The notes below the pieces were generated by a model, which worked only from the letters and a program-made list of their open reading frames with translations, was not told the DNA's origin and ran no database searches. Positions 36,244-49,139 of a DNA stretch of 64,000 nt are shown here, piece after piece. The DNA comes from Podarcis vaucheri. Lineage: Eukaryota. The DNA lies in NCBI GenBank assembly GCA_965113315.1, contig OZ220371.1; one strand, given 5' to 3'. How positions within the stretch are numbered: position 1 is the stretch's first letter; every line of letters begins with the position of its first letter. The translations under genes and the position numbers were made by a program.

Positions 36244-36664
36244 TGGCGGTTAGGCATTGGTTAATTGGTGCTTGGAGGGGTAAGTGCCTACCCCTCCAAA
36301 TGATGCGGAAAGGGAATTCCGTTAAAGGAATCCAGGGGCTTGCCATTCTTTTGTCCTTGTCCGTGGAGCCGGACTTGGGCCGTGCAAGCCCCACCGGAAC
36401 ATGAGGGTCAGAAGTGAGGGCTTGTTTCCCGGCCTCCCTTCTATCCAATACTTGTTTCCCACGCTGGCTTCCGGTGGAGTCCAGAAGGGCCAGCCCTGTC
36501 CTTGAGGGCCAGGACAGATAGTCATAACCAATGCCTAAGCAACCACTCACAATTTTTTGTATTTTGAATAAAGTTGTGGCCAAAATTATGCCAAAAACCT
36601 TAAACAAAATTGATGTGTGAAGTGTGTAATTATTTGGGGGGTGGCACTGTGGAACTCAACACGC
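36244..36664 (+). repeat. Ngaro split direct repeat B2 (3' terminus)
   Basis: 421-bp copy of B1 ending in tcaacacgc, followed by aaa. Confidence 0.93.
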
Positions 36665-37105
36665 AAACAGCAGCCACCAGGACAAGTGCTGGTGGTGTGG
36701 GTCACTGAGGGGCCTGAGTTCTAGCTGTGGCTAAAATAAAACAGAAATAGGGTGGAACAGTAAAACCTTAAATGGAACCCTTAAATCAAACTCAACAAAT
36801 TGACTACAGTGATATTAACACAGAGAGAGTGGTGACACCACCAAGCAAGCACGGCAATCTAGCACAAGACTCTCCTCCCAATCTGTTAGAATTAATCTAA
36901 AGAAAGCCCGTAAAACCATCAAAAAGATCACTGAAAATTAAATACATTCGTCTGGTGTGAAACAAGAGCACACAGGGAGTGAAACGGGTTACATTCTCAA
37001 CTACTTTTCCTTCACTATGAGCTATGGAATTTTGACAGCAGACCATGACACCTGTAAAAATAGTATTTTACAAAATGGGTCAGATGCTAGTTGATAAAGA
37101 AAGTA

Positions 37106-37145
<40 letters not shown>

Positions 37146-37973
37146 TACAAAAATATGCGCATTGTCTCTTTTTTCAAGTTGTGTTTTCTATGGATCAGTT
37201 TCATTTGTTGTGAGACATTAGTGTTATGTACAGTGTTAGGTTAGGGAGTAAAGAGGGGGGAATGGTGAGTGGGGTGGGGTTGGGTGGCAATGCTGCTATT
37301 ATTCTACTAAGTGTATATGGGGGATTTTGTGGCAGCGTCACTTGTGTGGGTTCTCTTACTATTCACTTGTTGTATTTCCTTGGTGGTGAGAGAGGTTGGG
37401 GGTGGCCTAGGGTGTGGTTGGTTGTCTTTGGTTGGCTGTAGTGAGATTTGTTTTTGTGGGTGAGTGGGGTATGTCTGAGTGTTTTTGGATCAGGTTAGCC
37501 AGACTGATTTGTATGCTGCTGGAAGATGGAAGTATGTAGGAGACAACACGCTCTCTGATTTAAGGGCAATCATTATTATTATTTTTAAAAAAGGGGAATT
37601 ATAATTCTCAAGGAGGGTAAGATAATGCCAGAATCATAAAAATTCTACTTTGATAATAATGAAGAAATTTGGCAAAGCCTTCTCATGTAAGAAGCACACA
37701 TGTGGCATAAGACCAAACTGTGCTGGCAGAACACTGTGACTATGTTCCCTGGAAAATTCTCTTAACACGTTTTCACCAAGACTGCAGATTAAGCAGATAA
37801 TTCTTGAAGCCACAATACTCTGATTCCCAGAACACTCACAGATCCTCCTCTGCTAACAGTGGAAGACATGCTGGAGAAAAGTCAACAACAGAAAGTTGCT
37901 AGGTGTTTGATATTTTAAAAATAAAACAAAACATGTTTATTCTTTTATATACAGAATTGTTGTAGGTCTATCT

Positions 37974-38228
37974 CAGGGGTAGGCAACCTAAGGCCCAGGG
38001 GCCAGATGCGGCCCAATCACCTTCTCAGTCTGGCCTGCAGACGGTCCGGGAATCAGCATGTTTTTTCAAGAGTAGAATGTGCGCTTTTATTTAAAATGCA
38101 TCTCTGGATTATTTGTGGGGCATAGGAATTCATTCATCCCCCCCCCCCCGAAAAAATATAGTCCAGCCCACCACATGGTCTGAGGGACGGTGGACCGGCC
38201 CACAGCTGAAAAAGGTTGCTGACTCCTA
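37974..38228. mobile_element. hAT-family MITE
   Basis: Termini caggggtaggcaacct / aggttgctgactccta; 8-bp TSD gtctatct. Confidence 0.88.
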
Positions 38229-38655
38229 GTCTATCTTGAGAGACAATGCAGTGCACCTCTGGGGAAGAAGTGCTGCATTAGCAGCACCGAAGTGACTTAC
38301 CCAGGGCACAAGCCTGGGCAGTTTGTATGGAGGTCCTAGACTGCCCAGACGAGAAGACCCCATTCTTGGCCTCACTAATGCGGTCCAAAGGAAAGCAGAG
38401 CAATATGTTTGGCACAAGCTTGGCAACAGGAGTTGTCAGAAGCAGATGTACAACTTGCCAACCAATCATCTTAGGAATTCCACTCTATATTTGTGTAGCT
38501 TTTTCTTCTCCCAAATATATCCCACAAGGCAGCAGAGGTTTAGCATCAGAGTTTTCCTTCTCTTATATGGGCTGCCTTCCCAGGTAGACTAGACCCGTCT
38601 GTCCCTCATTTCCCTCTAAAGCACATACAGAAGCTACCTTCTTTACTGTTGGACC

Positions 38656-38831
38656 CAGGGGTGCCAACTTTAATAAAATATTGGGGGGGGGACTAGGCAT
38701 AACCGATCACATGATGCAGTGCACACACACCACTTGAATAGCAAATGCCCATCAACTTTGGGGGGTTTTGCCCCCTCAAATATTTTATTGGGGGGCACAG
38801 ACCCCTTGGGCCCTAGGAGCTGGCTCCTATG
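38656..38831. mobile_element. hAT-family MITE
   Basis: Termini caggggtgccaact / agctggctcctatg; 8-bp TSD gttggacc / cttggacc. Confidence 0.75.
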
Positions 38832-39404
38832 CTTGGACCCACTATTGGTCTCACCCACTCAATTCACTGGAGCCTGTCTTTGCATGCAGAGAAAATCCCT
38901 AGCTCTCTGAGGGTTTGAGACCCATCATCAACCCTGACCTGGTTTAGCAGGCCAGTTGTTGTTGTTCCCAGGTGTGGCCACTGTCACATGCTGACAGCTT
39001 CTAGGAGCCACAGGAGAGAGCTGAGTGCAGGGTGGGGACCAAAGGTGGACAAACTACCCCAAAGGAACATGACGTGTCACACACCAGAGGTACTACACTT
39101 CCCCTAACACCAAATATACCCAGTACTAAATATCACAATAATATTCCACTGGATGGTAGAACACACGCACCACTAAACTAAGATACAAAATAGAAGGCCA
39201 AGCTCTACCACTGTGTAGTTGTTGTAACACCTGGCAGTGCCGGATTTAGGCCGGTGGGGTTGGTTGCCCTGTACAAGATGCCAAGCCACAGGGTTGCCAA
39301 TCATCATGATCATTCCTATATTTATATGGGTACCTATTGAAAGTACGAAAACATGAAATATTTGGGGGGCACTGAATTTTGTACTTGCTCAAGGTGCCAT
39401 ATTA

Positions 39405-39810
39405 CCAAAGTCCACACCTCCATCTGGTAAAAGGCACTTCTAGCTATTGAGCCTATCTGGGACTCCAGTGACAAAGTAAGATGCAGAAACAGCCCCAGAC
39501 TGCATACCTGTTGCCTCACAGGAAGCACAACCCCACCCAAGGCAGGCAACTGACCAATTTCTCGGACACAGGAAACACTCTCAGTGCCTCCACTGATGCA
39601 CAACTTAGTTTCCCTCACCCGTCGCACCACTGCATCCAGTCACTGTTCCAGGGCCTGCACATCCTTTCCTGATTTAGATGTTATGGAGAAATAAAAGCTG
39701 AGTGCCATCTGCATACTGTTGGCACCTTGACCCCAAACCCCTAGTGACCACTCCCAGAGGCTTCAAATAGATGTTAAATAGCATGGGGTATAAAATAGTG
39801 CCTTCAGCAG
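39405..39810 (-). mobile_element. L2-like LINE RT fragment
   Basis: Minus strand reads CQQYADGTQL (YADD-like) and SLESQIGSIARSAFYQ. Confidence 0.7.
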
Positions 39811-39849
39811 CCAGCCTATAACATTACATGTCTACTCAGAAGCTCATAG

Positions 39850-40078
39850 TAAATGATAGAACCATCTCAAACAGGAAGCAGTGATAGCTACCAACTTGTA
39901 TGGGTTTAAAAGAGAATTAGCCATTGTTGCTATGTTCTACCGCCTCTTTCAGAGGTGCCATGGGAATTGCAAGTGGGCAGAGTGCTGTTCCATTCATGTT
40001 CAAATTGGAGGCCACTGTGAGAACAGGATACTGGACTAGATGGGCCATTGGCCTGATCCTGCAGGTTCATCTTATGTT
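39850..40078 (+). mobile_element. CR1-like LINE 3' end
   Basis: gtgatagctaccaacttgtatgggtttaaaagagaattag...ggatactggactagatgggccattggcctgatcc. Confidence 0.6.
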
Positions 40079-41299
40079 TGGAGCGTTGCTCTGCAGACCC
40101 TCTTCCAAGAACAAATGTAAAGCCTGGGACTCCTTCTCTCTCTCCCCCCCCCCCCGCCCAATATTCAACACAATTCTGTCCTTTTCCATCTCTAAACCAA
40201 ATAACTTTTTCATAATTTATATAATCTGATTCATTTGGCCTGTTCAGGGTTAAGTCTGTAGAATGTAGCCTTACCAGATTCTTAATACAATAGTGACTTG
40301 CAGTAAATTAAGCTATTTTGGCACTTCCACTTTTTGTGATCTCTTTATTGCAATCAGCTGTTCCTTTGCTCAGGATTGTGTCACTTAGGAGGATTCCAAA
40401 ACTGAAATTAATTCATCATTTGCAATGATTCTGGGTATGAATGTCATTCATGGTTTGGCTGCTAATAAGACATTATACGTGATGGGGTCAATATATAGAA
40501 CTCATTCCTTCTGTTGATTACATTTTCCTTCTTCTGATTTGCCTCGATTCTGCTCACGCTCTCACAACCACCAATTTACATGATGTGCTGTCTGTGGAAT
40601 GTTGTGGTCATTTCATTTCATTTTCTATCCTTTCTTTCTTTGTAATATTCTCTAATTGGTGATTCAATTGGTGATTCAATTGAATTGTATTATTCTCATT
40701 TTTTCGCTTGTGCACGTTTTTTTTTTTTTTGCATTTAATTATGTCTTCTTTCTGATGCAAAGTTAAAATGGGGTGTATTATTTGGTCTGGTTTTATTTTT
40801 CTGACAGTATTCACTCTGCAGTAGTTTAAGGGGTTTCTATCAGGGCATTACAGAACTGGATCTACCTTAGGTTTTATATCTTGGATTTCATTATTTGCCC
40901 AGATGCTCACTAGTGCAAAAAAAAAGAAACTTCTTTTAAAAGTTGTGCTAATTTTTACCAGCTAAGAATTCTGTCTTCTGAGTATCGACTTCCATCCCTC
41001 ATCAACCTTTTCTTTCAGTTACCTATTCCCAAATTCCAACATATCTTATTTCATTGGTCTCAGGACAGGCAGAACTACAGAAAGGATTATTTGTTATCCA
41101 CATTTATTCAGAAGCGACTATGTGGGCCAATAATTTCTCCTCTAACAGTAAACACCACCAACACTTGTTCACAGACAAATATCTGAAAAAGAATGGCGGG
41201 TTAACTCAGGAAATAACATGATTCTAAACTAAACTAGACAAAATAGAGATATAAACTAGACAAAATCACTATAAACTGCTCGGTCAATAATATGTTTCC

Positions 41300-41800
41300 A
41301 TAATGACTGAGTAAAATTTACAGTACTTGTGATGGAAAGCGTTTGGAGATGTGGGCATTCAAGGGCTGATATGAAAGATATTTGGTGGACTCATTCAATA
41401 ATTAAAATCTTTTGTGGAGATGTGATGAAGACAGTGTCTTTAATGACACCTTATACTTTCTCATTAGACCCCCTGATAATTTCATTAGGATATTTAGATC
41501 AACAAATATACCATAAGGAGTTAATATAGAATCTCACAGTAGCTGCTCATCTGGATTTTTCACAGAAATGGAAAACTGGGTCCCCATCGTAAGTGAAAGA
41601 GTAGTCAGCAATTTTTTTTCAAGGCAGCAATATAAACTTACGGAATTGATTAGTGTGACAGATGGTAGACAAGAGGAGAACATCTTAATGATAAATGGAT
41701 TCCACCAATTGAAGAGTAAATAAAATATATATGTTCATGAATATAATCACTTTTCTGTGAGGTAAAATACTAATTATTTGTTGTAATTAATGTATGTTCT
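41300..41800 (+). mobile_element. Decayed L1-like 3' fragment
   Basis: WRCG....DMKDIWW motif followed by L1-like C-terminal remnants. Confidence 0.5.
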
Positions 41801-42649
41801 TGAGATTTAATAAAGTGTGATAAGAAAGACATTGTACCTTTTTGAATGTTGTTTTTTTTATGTTGTCTCAATTATTCTGCTAAGAGATCAAGTTCCATAG
41901 CTTAACTATGTGTTGTGTGAAGTACTTCCTTTTATCTGTTCTTCCAACATTCCACATCATTGGAAGTGTTATAAGAGAAACTTTGGGGAAAAACTCTTTT
42001 AAAAAGAGATCAGTTCAATAATGCCCAGATGATGCGTTTTGTCCTCAGAAACAAGTCTGCCATTAAATAAATAGTTGGGGGGGGGTTGCTCAACAGTTTT
42101 GAAATGTACTTATTTTGATATGGGCATGTTCCTTTTTTTATTAACATGTTGAGATTTTCCAATCTAAAACAGAATACAGTTCTTTCCTAAAAGGTTAGGC
42201 TGCAAGCCTAATGTTTCAATGTTGATGGCAGATGGGGAGGGACCAGAAGGCAGCACAATTGCTTCTCTACCCAATCCTGTCCTCGGAAATGATTGCTGCT
42301 GATGGAGAGGGAGAGGCAAGAAGTTGCTGCCTGCAGATATTCTTCTGGCAGAAGCCAATGTTGCTGATATCACGTGATCCACTTTCAATACTGTTTGTGC
42401 CTGAAAAATACTTTGGGTGAAGGAAGACATATTGCTTTGTTCTAATTGGTGCATATCCTAGAACTTCCTGCTGTAATCCTGTAACTTTTTATACTACAAA
42501 TGTTCCATTTTTTTTATTTTGTCCAACTTTTGTAGCATTATAACACAGGAGTGCTCCTCCAGCTGGCAATAATGAAGAAATGCTGAGGTAGCACTGCAGA
42601 ACAAAATGGAAGGGTGGGTGAGCAGTTCAGCATAACTGCTAAGACACTA

Positions 42650-42891
42650 CAGTGGTACCTCAGGTTAAGTACTTAATTCTTTCCAGAGGTCCATACTTAA
42701 CCTGAAACTGTTCTTAACCTGAAGCACCACATTAGCTAATGGGGCCTCCTGTTGCCGCTGTGCCGCCGGAGCATGATTTCTGTTCTCATCCTGAAGCAAA
42801 GTTCTTAACCTGAAGCACTAATTCTGGGTTAGCGGAATCTGTAACCTGAAGCGTATTTAACCTGAAGCGTATGTAACCTGAGGTACCACTG
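42650..42891. mobile_element. pogo/Tigger-like (Tc1/mariner superfamily) MITE
   Basis: TIR cagtggtacctcaggtta / taacctgaggtaccactg, TA on both flanks, internal taacctgaagc repeats. Confidence 0.92.
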
Positions 42892-43116
42892 TATTATTGC
42901 ATCAATAATATATTGCAGAATACACTTGCAAAAACAAACAAACCCCAAACCCACCAGTTTGGAGTGGCCCTAAGTTAAATGTGAAAGTGGGTCCCATGTT
43001 GCAGGCTAGGAGTCTGAGGACTGGATGAAAGCAGCACTCTTCCATCTTCATTTTGCTTATAATATTGCAAAGAATAGCAATCTGGAGTGACCCTGTGTCT
43101 TTGTTCCTTGCACACA

Positions 43117-43159
<43 letters not shown>

Positions 43160-46100
43160 TTGCAGACTGGCACACCCACATCAAGAAACTTACTGTCAAA
43201 CAAATCTTTATTTTCCAAACATCAGCACCGCTATGTTACTACTAGCTGCTGCTTTTCATCTAAGAGAAGAAGACTTCAGGATCCACAGTCTCTTAAAACC
43301 TGTGGGTTGCTTTGCTATTTTCATTCTTCTTTTATGAGCATAAAAGGAGTGGGGAGGGGGATACAGCTGGTAAGTTGGGATGAATTCTTTTTTCATTAAC
43401 TTCCCTGTATTTGAGGCAAGGCATCCCATTTCAGGCTAACTCAGCAAAGGGAACTCTGCTGGTTACAGGAATGTATCAGTCATCATAACCGGCATCACTG
43501 CATTTTCCATTGCAAGGCAGATAAGTTCATGCCAAACAACGGTTATATAAAGCCAAAATAATGTTCTTGTAAACAAGTCTACGTAAACACAGGGTTAGCA
43601 GTCAGGCAGATTTCTCCAAAATTACATATCTAAGAATATAAGAATTGACTTCTTGTATTTGGCCAATATTTATTTAGTCCAGCAGCCTCTTCCCAGCAGT
43701 GACCAGCTAGTTGCCTCTGGAAGCTTACAGGAAGGTCAACAGGTAAAGGTCATCTCCTGGGTTTGTTGGGGTTTTTTGTTTTGGTCCCCAGAAAAGAGCA
43801 GGCAAGTGAAGAATGTTGATGTATCATGAAGGGATTTGGAACTTGCAGCCCTCCATATGTTGTTTAATGCCAAGTCCCATAAATTGCCAGCCAATATTGC
43901 CAATGGTCAGGTGTGATGGGAGTTGTAGTCCAGACACATCTGAAGGGCCACATTTTCTCCTATTGGTAGATATCACTCTTCCTTGAATTTTTTTTATAAC
44001 CATAATTAGAATACTTCAAATAGCTAGCAGTAGGGTCACACAGTCTTTGTCAACCATTGAGAAACTCTTTGGCTGGCTACACCTCAGGGCAGGACTGCCC
44101 ACAAAAATCCTGAATTCAAACAGGTCAGTCAGAGGCCCATTACTGAGCAAAGCCTTACTTGTGGACCATGAGTTGGCTGCTCCCACTCCAGTCCACCAGC
44201 AACACATAAAAGCCTGACGTGTCCCCTTTTGGCCCTACCAGTGTGGGATCTCCAACGGTGGTATGCTCAGAGACATGGAAGTTACCGTAGCACTGTGCTA
44301 CTTCACTTGGTATGTGGTGAACCAGCTTCACTTTGCCACTGCTGATTCAAGTATGCAGAGAGGTTCCTATTTTACTCCCATAATCGTACATAAATTTCAG
44401 AAACATTCTAACCACTGATACCATATTCCTACGCTATGCTATTTGCCAGTGAATCAAGCTATTACCCAGTAACTGTGCTACTTTAGATATGGTACAATAT
44501 CATCCAGACTTTAAAATTAATAAGATATCCTCTATTTATTGTTAACTATCAAGTCGTATTAGGGTAAATGTTGTTATCCTTAAATTGGTTGCCATTTCTT
44601 TAAGGGTTTTGTTGTTTTTTGCTTTTGTAGGGTTGTTATTATTATTACTAGGAGCTGCCACCTCTGCCTATCCGCCAACTCCACCTTCATATCTGAGCTT
44701 CCATATCTTCTTGCCTATCTTCCACCTGTCTCAGCTCTAGCATTCACACTTCAGTCTTCAATCTTCAATCAGTCTTCAAGCTTCTGTAGCTGCTGCTGCT
44801 TCTGGTCAGCACTCAAGCAGTCACCATGCTAGAACTGGACTATTTATGTTCCAGCCAGCCTACCATTCAACCAATCAGATTTGAGTGGCATAGAATTCTC
44901 TCCCTTCGTTAGACCACTTTTCCCATCCAATGAATGACCAAGAATTTCTACCCAGCAAGTCAACCAGAAGTGAAATTGTACAGTCCCATAACTCGGTATA
45001 GAAAGAACCCAGATTTTTCCAGACTAGTTTTATGCAACTAAGTAAAAATCAACTGACCAGCCACCAATGAAAACTTACTATTGGAAACTTCATATAACTT
45101 TACATAGCACCCACATACGCAGTAAACTCTTACACATTGTAGAAAAAGATCGTCAAAGTAAATTAAACCCCTTTAAAGGGTGCTTTCTTCATTGACACCA
45201 AGGAGAAATGGATCTGTCAATGGATCGGATTTTAACTTCTGTAGCTCCTAGGACACCCTCCCAGGAAATATAGGACTGCAGCCTTCAACACCTAAAATAT
45301 ATCAATAAAAAACCCACTGCTGCCATTATGGGTATGCCAAAGAACTCCAGGGGGAAATATGGAAGTCTTTTATTGTTTGATTGGTAAATCCTGTCTATAC
45401 TTGGAGAGATTTGCTTTATTTGTCAAAGAAGGACAATGAGCTGAATAGCCTGTGGTAGCTGGAAAATTGTAAAACACTCATATTTCTCAATTCCTGGACT
45501 CAAAGTGATGTTTCACAAATTCATTTACAACCATTCTTGTCAGTTGATGATTGACAGCTGAATTTATGAATTATCTCCATTGAAAGATATTGCCTTTGAT
45601 ATGATATGAGGTGCTATGAAAATACTACCTCTAGCAGGTTTCCACATACAAGTTTAATTTGACCTAGCAATATTATTTATTCGGTCCTATTGAGTTCTAT
45701 GGCCTTTTAAAGCTGTTTTTGAATGGATTTGAAGACTTTGTATTATATGGTGCTACCCATGGTGGTCATTTTGTACACCGCCTTATAAAAAGCAGTTTAA
45801 AAATCATAAATTAAATAAGTAAATATTGAACAACAGAAAAGCACAACAGAAGGCTCTCAGAAACAAAAATGAAGCAAGCAACAAAATGGAAAATGGAGGG
45901 CAAGACATTTCCTACAAATAGTGGAATAAAACAGTTTATAGACAGCTGGAGAACATTGTGGAAGATTATTAGGAGGAACTGTGAATTTTTAGGCATTAGA
46001 CTATTTTGTTCCATTCTCCCTTACAGAACTGAAATGTGTTTATAAATAAACAAAGTACATAACCTAAGAGAAACTTGTAGGATATCTGAAACTACAAATG

Positions 46101-47065
46101 CAGGGAGTTTCAAGAGAAGGAAAAATAAATGGTGAGATAAAATTTTCTCTAATGCATGTGGAGACAACTCCTTAAGCTATCCTGAATAATTGGCATTTGA
46201 GAGGAACTTCATATCCATTTCAAGGCTTCTGGCCAATGAAAAGTGTGTCAGAACAATTTTTTTAAGATGAGTTCATAAATTTTGTTTATATTATAAACAT
46301 GTTGTAGAAATGACTGATGTGTACTATAAATGGTTTTAAGTACATTATTTATAAAGGGTCATTTCTGAGGATTATAAGCTGTAAGTATTTGTCAGCTCCT
46401 GCTGGACCAGAACTGTGTGTTGTAGATGGCAGTTTTATCATGGGTTTATGCCTTCTAATAGACTATGGAGCACTGTGTAAGAATCCAGTAATAGCCATTT
46501 ATTTGATGGATAGTCACTTAAACAATCCTCTCACACACTTTTATTGTTATTATACACTTTATATCACTTGTATTTGTGGTTTTAATCATTGATTTATTGA
46601 TCTTATGATGTAAAAACACCTGAATATAACAGGTATTATTTAAAACCGATGTCCAAAGAAGTACAATGTATCAATATTCTACAATGTACAATATGCAGAA
46701 CAGGGTGTTACAGAGGATAAATGACACACATATTGACTTGACTTTTCAGGAAATTAAAATGAAGGACCAGTTTAACCAGAAGGCTATACTTTCCTAAAGA
46801 TCATTTGTCCTAGTTTAATTTGCAGCTGAATCTGTGAATTGACTCAGTTGAAAAGTACTAGATTTGAAGTGGTGCCAGTAGGAAGAGAGTAATTGTCAGG
46901 TAGAACTATGGTCTTATTCTTTCATATAAGTAAAATCAGGGTGAGTGGAAGAGTTGAGTCATGATTCAGCTAATAGCTCTGGCCTCCCTCCATTCATACA
47001 GCTGAGGAAGGCCTGAAGAGGTGAACCTTCTCGCAGAATTATTTCCCCCGCAACTGTGAACTTTG

Positions 47066-47717
47066 TTGTTGTTTTTTTATAATAATATTTATTAGTTTTC
47101 CAACAAATTGAACACAACACTACAAAAAACCAAAAAAAGAAAAAACATACAACAATGCAATACAATACAAAAAAAACCTACAAAACACTAACATACAACT
47201 AACAAAACAAAACAAAAACCATTTAAAATACAGTCCAATTTCAATATCTTATCTTTCTTTCACTAATTTCCACGACCTCCTCACACCTCGCTTTTTGTAT
47301 TCCACTTCTATTAATTGTTTCAGCAATTCCTTTCCATCTTAACACAATTGTCTTAACACATTCTAACCTTATTTTTCCCTTTAATGCTCTATTAATCTAT
47401 TTATACTTAATTCCTTATAACATTTCTACTAAAGCCATATAACTTCATTCCAACATTTTTCTAACATTCATTAATTTTACAGTATTTCTGTAAATAGTCT
47501 TTAAACTTTTTCCAGTCTTCTTCCACCGACTCCTCTCCCTGGTCTCGGATTCTGCCAGTCATTTCCGCCAATTCCATGTAGTCCATCAGCTTCATCTGCC
47601 ATTCTTCCCTGGTGGGTAGATCTTGTGTCTTCCAATACTTCGCGATGAGTATTCTTGCTGCTGTTGTTGCATACATAAAAAAAGTTCTATCCTTCTTTAA
47701 CAAGAAACCAAGAAGCA
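47066..47717 (-). mobile_element. 5'-truncated L1-like LINE
   Basis: ORF2 C-terminus FFMYATTAARILIAKYWK...EEW; 3' UTR with AATAAA and A-tail; 15-bp TSD caactgtgaactttg (47051-47065, 47718-47732). Confidence 0.9.
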
Positions 47718-47854
47718 CAACTGTGAACTTTGATCATGTTGAGTTGGGATACTAAATTCGAATGGATGTCTATAGAAATAATTCATGGGGAGAGTGGCAA
47801 GGTCTATGACTTGTAAATCTAGATTGTTTTGATTATCAGCAGTCTATGTTGGTT

Positions 47855-48230
47855 GGGACAGGAGTGGCGCTGTGGTTTAAATCACGGAGCCTCTTGGGCT
47901 TGCCGATCAGAAGGTTGGTGGTTCGAATCCCCGCAATGAGGTGAGCTCCTGTTGCTTGGTCCCAGCTCCTGCCAACCTAGCAGTTTGAAAGCACGTCAAA
48001 GTGCAAGTAGATAAATAAGTACTACTCCGACAGGAAGGTAAACGGCATTTCCGTGCACTGCTCTGGTTTCAGTGTTCCATTGTGCCATAACACCATGCTG
48101 GCCACATGACCCAGAAAAACTGTCTGCAGACGAACACCGGCTCCCTTGGCCCATAAAGCGAGATGAGCGCCACAACCCCAGAGTCATCTGCAACTGGACT
48201 TAATTTTCAGGGGTCCTTTACCTTTACCTT
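47855..48230 (+). mobile_element. Sauria SINE, full length
   Basis: A-box tggcgctgtgg, B-box ggttcgaatcc, (accttt)n tail, TSD tatgttggt. Confidence 0.92.
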
Positions 48231-49000
48231 TATGTTGGTAGTAGGGAACAATTTAGTGAGATCCAATAGTTCAGAAAGGCTTATGCTACATAATCAGTGT
48301 TTAGTTGTCTTGTCTTGGTTTTTTTAAGAAAAAAAGTTACCTGAACTCACCATGAAGTTGTTACAATAAGTGCCACACTTTTAACCGGTGTGTATGTGCT
48401 GATACTGCATACCCTTGAGTAGCCCCCCCAAAAAAAAAACCCTGCACATCATTATTAATGTATTTATTAGGGCTGTACACCAGATCCAGCCAAGTCCTGA
48501 GCTAAATCAGGCGTTTTGGGGAAAACTTGGTTGCCAGATGAACTGGGCTGAGATAGCCACATTTCAGTATGTGTCAGTTTGAATAGTCCAGAGTGATTTG
48601 TGGCTTTCAAGGGGCAAGACAGGAAGCAGGAGGGAGAGGCAGGTAAGGTGGGAAAACCTTCCTTGCTGCCAGATGCCTCCTCAGCCGCAGGATCATCTTA
48701 TCCGTCAGCAGTTGTTGAGTGGAGGGGGTGAGCTTGCAGGATACAGGTGATGCTTCATATGCAGCTTTCTTTTACACTTGCAGAGCATCACCCTCCTCCC
48801 CTATACCCAACAGCCTTTAAATGTGATGCTGGAATAGGGTTTTGAAGTATGCCCAGGAATAGCTGAAGTCAAAGGGCTCAGGTGAAGAAATTCTGGCACT
48901 CTAGCTGCCCTGCCCTTTGCTGATTAAAATGGAATTTGTTGGGCACAGTGGAGAGGGTAGTTGCCAGCAATTGCCTTGTTCTTCTCACTTACTTCTGGGA

Positions 49001-49139
49001 CAGGGTTGCCATCTTTTGAAGAACAAAAAAGAGGACACATTTTTTAACTTTTAACTATAAATCTCTATGACGACTCTCATTTTATGGACCCATGAAAAAG
49101 AAGACTTGTCCTGGAAAAAGAGGACATGTGGCAACTCTA
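49001..49139. mobile_element. MITE with agggttgcca / tggcaactct termini
   Basis: Imperfect TIRs and subterminal aaaaagaggaca repeats; TSD not clear. Confidence 0.5.

Larger units (their letters stand above)
22588..36664 (+). mobile_element. Ngaro-type tyrosine-recombinase (DIRS order) retrotransposon with split direct repeats; coding regions degenerate
   Basis: A1 22588-22796 matches A2 35853-36061; B1 35429-35849 matches B2 36244-36664; RT, RNase H, YR and SGNH remnants in order; AAA at both flanks and at the B1/A2 junction. Confidence 0.92.

Noticed and set aside
35274-36607. Duplicated 172-aa and 159-aa minus-strand ORFs
   Set aside because: They are antisense readings of the B1/B2 terminal repeats, with no recognisable domain.
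22420-36820. An older solo LTR (tgttac...taaca) as the Ngaro target
   Set aside because: TG/CA-like ends are present, but no matching TSD was found.
47855-47935. tRNA gene
   Set aside because: The A and B boxes belong to the head of a Sauria SINE.
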